DNA of 63,324 nucleotides, counting the filler, from Acidimicrobiia bacterium (GTDB lineage Bacteria; Actinomycetota; Acidimicrobiia; Spongiisociales; CAZKJJ01), in NCBI GenBank assembly GCA_046759765.1. It is 20 parts of 20 records of this genome, joined end to end, with 100 filler letters (N's around TTAATTAATTAA, not from the genome) between each part and the next. Parts side by side here need not be neighbours in the genome. Positions count along the whole stretch, not along the records: positions 60,418 to 63,324 come from JBHICV010000243.1; 19 more parts are not named here. One strand, written 5' to 3'. The notes under the pieces were generated by a model. The model was not told where the DNA came from, searched no databases, and saw only the letters and a list, made by a program, of their open reading frames with translations. Both the position numbers and the translations under genes were made by a program. How positions within the stretch are numbered: position 1 is the first letter of the stretch; every line of letters starts with the position of its first letter. This document shows positions 60,672 to 63,324 of the stretch, piece after piece.

Positions 60672-61460
60672 CTAGCCGGCCCTCTCCGCCTCACCCAGAT
60701 AGGCCTGGATCACCGCCGGGTTCTCCTGCACGTCGGCCGGAAGGCCCTCGGCGATCTTGCTGCCGAAGTCGAGGACCATGACCCGGTCGGCGATATCCAT
60801 CACCAGACCCATGTCGTGGTCCACCAGGACGATCGAGATCCCGAGCTCCTCGCGGATGTCGAGGATGAAACGAGCCATGTCCTCGGTCTCCTCGAGGTTC
60901 ATTCCGGATACCGGCTCGTCGAGAAGAAGGAGACGGGGCTCCATCGCCAATGCGCGGCCGAGCTCGACCCGTTTCTGTATCCCGTAAGGCAGGAGAGCAA
61001 CAGGGTGTTTGCGCCATTGCTCTATCTCGAGGAAGTCGATGATGTCCTCGACTTTCTCACGGTTGGCGACCTCCTCACGCTTGGCCTTGCCTACGTATAC
61101 GGCTCCCGCCATCCAGCCACTGGTCATACGCATGTGGCGACCGGTCATCAAGTTCTGCAGAACGGTCATGTGTTCGAACAAAGCGATGTTCTGGAAGGTA
61201 CGAGCGATCCCCAGCTCGGCAATCCGATCGGGTCGCATACCGAGGATGCTGTCTCCTTCCCAACGGATGTCACCCTGCTGGGGCCGGTAGACACCGCTCA
61301 CACAGTTAAAGATCGAGGTCTTGCCGGCGCCGTTGGGACCGATGATCGAAAAGAGTTCGCCGTATTCCACCTGAAAGGAGACGCCGTCGATCGCTTTGAG
61401 CCCTTTGAACGAAAGGTGGATCTCGCCCACCTCTAACAAAACGCCGTCTAGCTCAACCAT
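60672..61460 (-). CDS. Branched-chain amino acid-type ABC ATPase (LivG-like)
   Basis: GPNGAGKT, ARTFQN, LLLDEP, ENPAVIQAYLG. Confidence 0.93.
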   Translation of the reverse strand: MVELDGVLLEVGEIHLSFKGLKAIDGVSFQVEYGELFSIIGPNGAGKTSIFNCVSGVYRPQQGDIRWEGDSILGMRPDRIAELGIARTFQNIALFEHMTVLQNLMTGRHMRMTSGWMAGAVYVGKAKREEVANREKVEDIIDFLEIEQWRKHPVALLPYGIQKRVELGRALAMEPRLLLLDEPVSGMNLEETEDMARFILDIREELGISIVLVDHDMGLVMDIADRVMVLDFGSKIAEGLPADVQENPAVIQAYLGEAERAG

Positions 61461-62239
61461 CGCTTGCGGCGCTTGTAGTGCTTGACATCCTTGAACGACT
61501 TCCTTTCCCCCTCGGCATGGAGCCCGAGATAGAACTCACGTACGTCCTCGTCCTTGAGGAGCTTCTCCGGGAGGCCGTCCATCACTACTTTGCCAGTTTC
61601 CATGATGTAGCCGTAGTCGGCGATGGACAGCGCCATGTTGGCATTCTGCTCGATAAGAAGCACGCTGGTCCCCGCCTGGTTGATTTCGACGATGATGTCG
61701 CGCATGAGCTGGACGAGCATGGGAGCAAGCCCAAGCGAGGGCTCGTCGAGGATGATCAACTTAGGCTCGGTCATGAGTGCCCGCCCGATCGCAAGCATTT
61801 GTTGTTCCCCTCCTGAGAGATAGCCAGCTGTGTCTCGGTGCCGGCTACGGAGGGGCGGGAAAAGCTCCATCACACGCTCGTATGCGGCTTTGACAGACGC
61901 CCGATCTGAGTTCGTGATCGCGCCTGTGATCAGGTTCTCATCCACCGACAGCTCGGCGAAGATGCGGCGACCTTCGAGCACCTGAGTGATGCCCATCTTG
62001 ACGATGGCGGACGGATTCTTTCCGTCGATCCTCTCGCCACCAAAGGAAACCATTCCCTTGGTGATGTCTCCTTCGTGCAGCGGAAGCAGCCCCGTGATCG
62101 CTCGCAGAGTCGTCGTTTTGCCCGCACCGTTGTTTCCCAGCAGCGCCACAATCTGCCCATCCGGAACCTCGAGGGAGAGTCCACGTAACACGAGGATCAC
62201 GTCGTTGTAGACGACCTCGAGGTTGGCGACTTTCAGCAT
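61448..62239 (-). CDS. Branched-chain amino acid-type ABC ATPase (LivF-like)
   Basis: GNNGAGKT, LSGGEQQMLAIGR, DEPSLGLAP. Confidence 0.93.
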   Translation of the reverse strand: MLKVANLEVVYNDVILVLRGLSLEVPDGQIVALLGNNGAGKTTTLRAITGLLPLHEGDITKGMVSFGGERIDGKNPSAIVKMGITQVLEGRRIFAELSVDENLITGAITNSDRASVKAAYERVMELFPPLRSRHRDTAGYLSGGEQQMLAIGRALMTEPKLIILDEPSLGLAPMLVQLMRDIIVEINQAGTSVLLIEQNANMALSIADYGYIMETGKVVMDGLPEKLLKDEDVREFYLGLHAEGERKSFKDVKHYKRRKRWLS

Positions 62240-62294
62240 GTTCCAACCATCGCGGTCCTGGCGGGGCGCAGTGCGCCCCGCCCTTAAGCCGTTT

Positions 62295-63324
62295 CTAGCC
62301 TGTGAAGCAAGGTGCCGAGAAGTCGTAGGCGGCCGCTACGTCCGACACGTAATCGAGCCCGAAGCCTGGCACGGGCACGGTTCCGGTGTGGCCGCCGGTC
62401 CCGAACGTTGCCTCGGGTGTGAACAGGCTGAGGTCTACGTCGTAGATCGCCGTGTTCCTGACCGCGAAGTCATTGGGGGTTCCGACATAGCCCTGGCTCG
62501 GAGCCAGACCACCGAAGTCAAAACCCTCGATGGACTGCCCGGCCGCCAGAATACCGGCCTGCGTCATGTCGCCCGAGTCGAAGGCGGCCTCGAGAACCTC
62601 CTTCATCATCTGCGCCTCCACCCAGCCACGAACGTAGTAATCGGCAAAGAAGAACCTCTCGTCTGGATAGGCCGCGGTGATCGTGTCGACCAGCTCCTGC
62701 ATACCCGGGACGTCCTGCCCCCAGGCGGCGAAGGTGCTGGGCCAGTAGTAAGCCGCGTCGAGAACGGGTGCTACCGCCGTCGTCAACAGGAAAGGCGCGT
62801 AGGTTGGAATGGATCCCGACCAGCGGGCCTGCAGGCCACCACCTGCCGCGGCGCCCATCAGGGCGGCCAGCTCGGTCGGGCCAGTAGTCACGTACACCCA
62901 ATCGGGCTGTGCCTCGATCAGAGCGGGAGCCAGCGTCGTGGGATCACCACCGGCCCGGATCGCAACCGCCTCGCCTTCCAGGTCGGCAACGATATCCACC
63001 CCAAGTTCGGTGGCGGCGTGCTTGGCCCCGAAAACGGAGTCCTGTCCGTACTCCCCTGCGAAGGACACGATGGCGAGCGTCCAGCCGGGCGCCGACATGT
63101 CGTTCATGAAGCTGACGGCATTCATCCCCTCAAAGCAGTAGTTGTAGCCCTGCTCCAGCGTGTTGTCGTCGAACGCCCAACCCGAATACCACGAGAGCGG
63201 GATGGCGAACATGTTGTCCGCCTCCAGCTCGTCGACGATCTGGGCAGTCTGAGGTGACCCGGTCGACTGACCGATCGCGGCCACCTCTCCTCGTAGCTCC
63301 AGATACTGCTGCTCATGGATCGCC
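62295..63324 (-). CDS. ABC substrate-binding protein (Leu/Ile/Val-like), 5' partial
   Basis: Long coding frame directly upstream of the livF/livG-like genes; GEYGQD segment. Confidence 0.8.
   Translation of the reverse strand, partial: AIHEQQYLELRGEVAAIGQSTGSPQTAQIVDELEADNMFAIPLSWYSGWAFDDNTLEQGYNYCFEGMNAVSFMNDMSAPGWTLAIVSFAGEYGQDSVFGAKHAATELGVDIVADLEGEAVAIRAGGDPTTLAPALIEAQPDWVYVTTGPTELAALMGAAAGGGLQARWSGSIPTYAPFLLTTAVAPVLDAAYYWPSTFAAWGQDVPGMQELVDTITAAYPDERFFFADYYVRGWVEAQMMKEVLEAAFDSGDMTQAGILAAGQSIEGFDFGGLAPSQGYVGTPNDFAVRNTAIYDVDLSLFTPEATFGTGGHTGTVPVPGFGLDYVSDVAAAYDFSAPCFTG

Overview
The window is not one locus. It is 20 unrelated ~3 kb contigs joined by ~100-nt artificial spacers (N-run, TTAATTAATTAA, N-run), so adjacency across a spacer means nothing. 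Most contigs look actinobacterial (Acidimicrobiia-like: BldD, F420-dependent nitroreductase, DUF3105, ECF/anti-sigma pairs). Several look foreign (Acidobacteria-, Gemmatimonadota- or Chloroflexi-like), consistent with the short-contig tail of a mixed metagenomic bin. Five items stand out. (1) A translationally coupled mom-parB-Zn protein-serine recombinase module with a complete tRNA-like cloverleaf inside the mom 5' coding region. (2) A sigma-70/ferredoxin <- -> stand-alone sufB(-nuoB) cassette present on two contigs, with identical 11-bp palindromic arms between the divergent genes. (3) A DUF6431/DDE transposase/ExeA-like ATPase/AAA_25 element. (4) An arsenite oxidase Rieske subunit (aioB) divergent from a membrane-anchored cupredoxin and near an ECF locus with a twice-repeated bipartite motif. 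(5) A BldD with an intact c-di-GMP motif and three BldD-box cores, facing ugd and followed by stacked IS/hsdM remnants. All assignments come from reading motifs by eye; no database searches were run.
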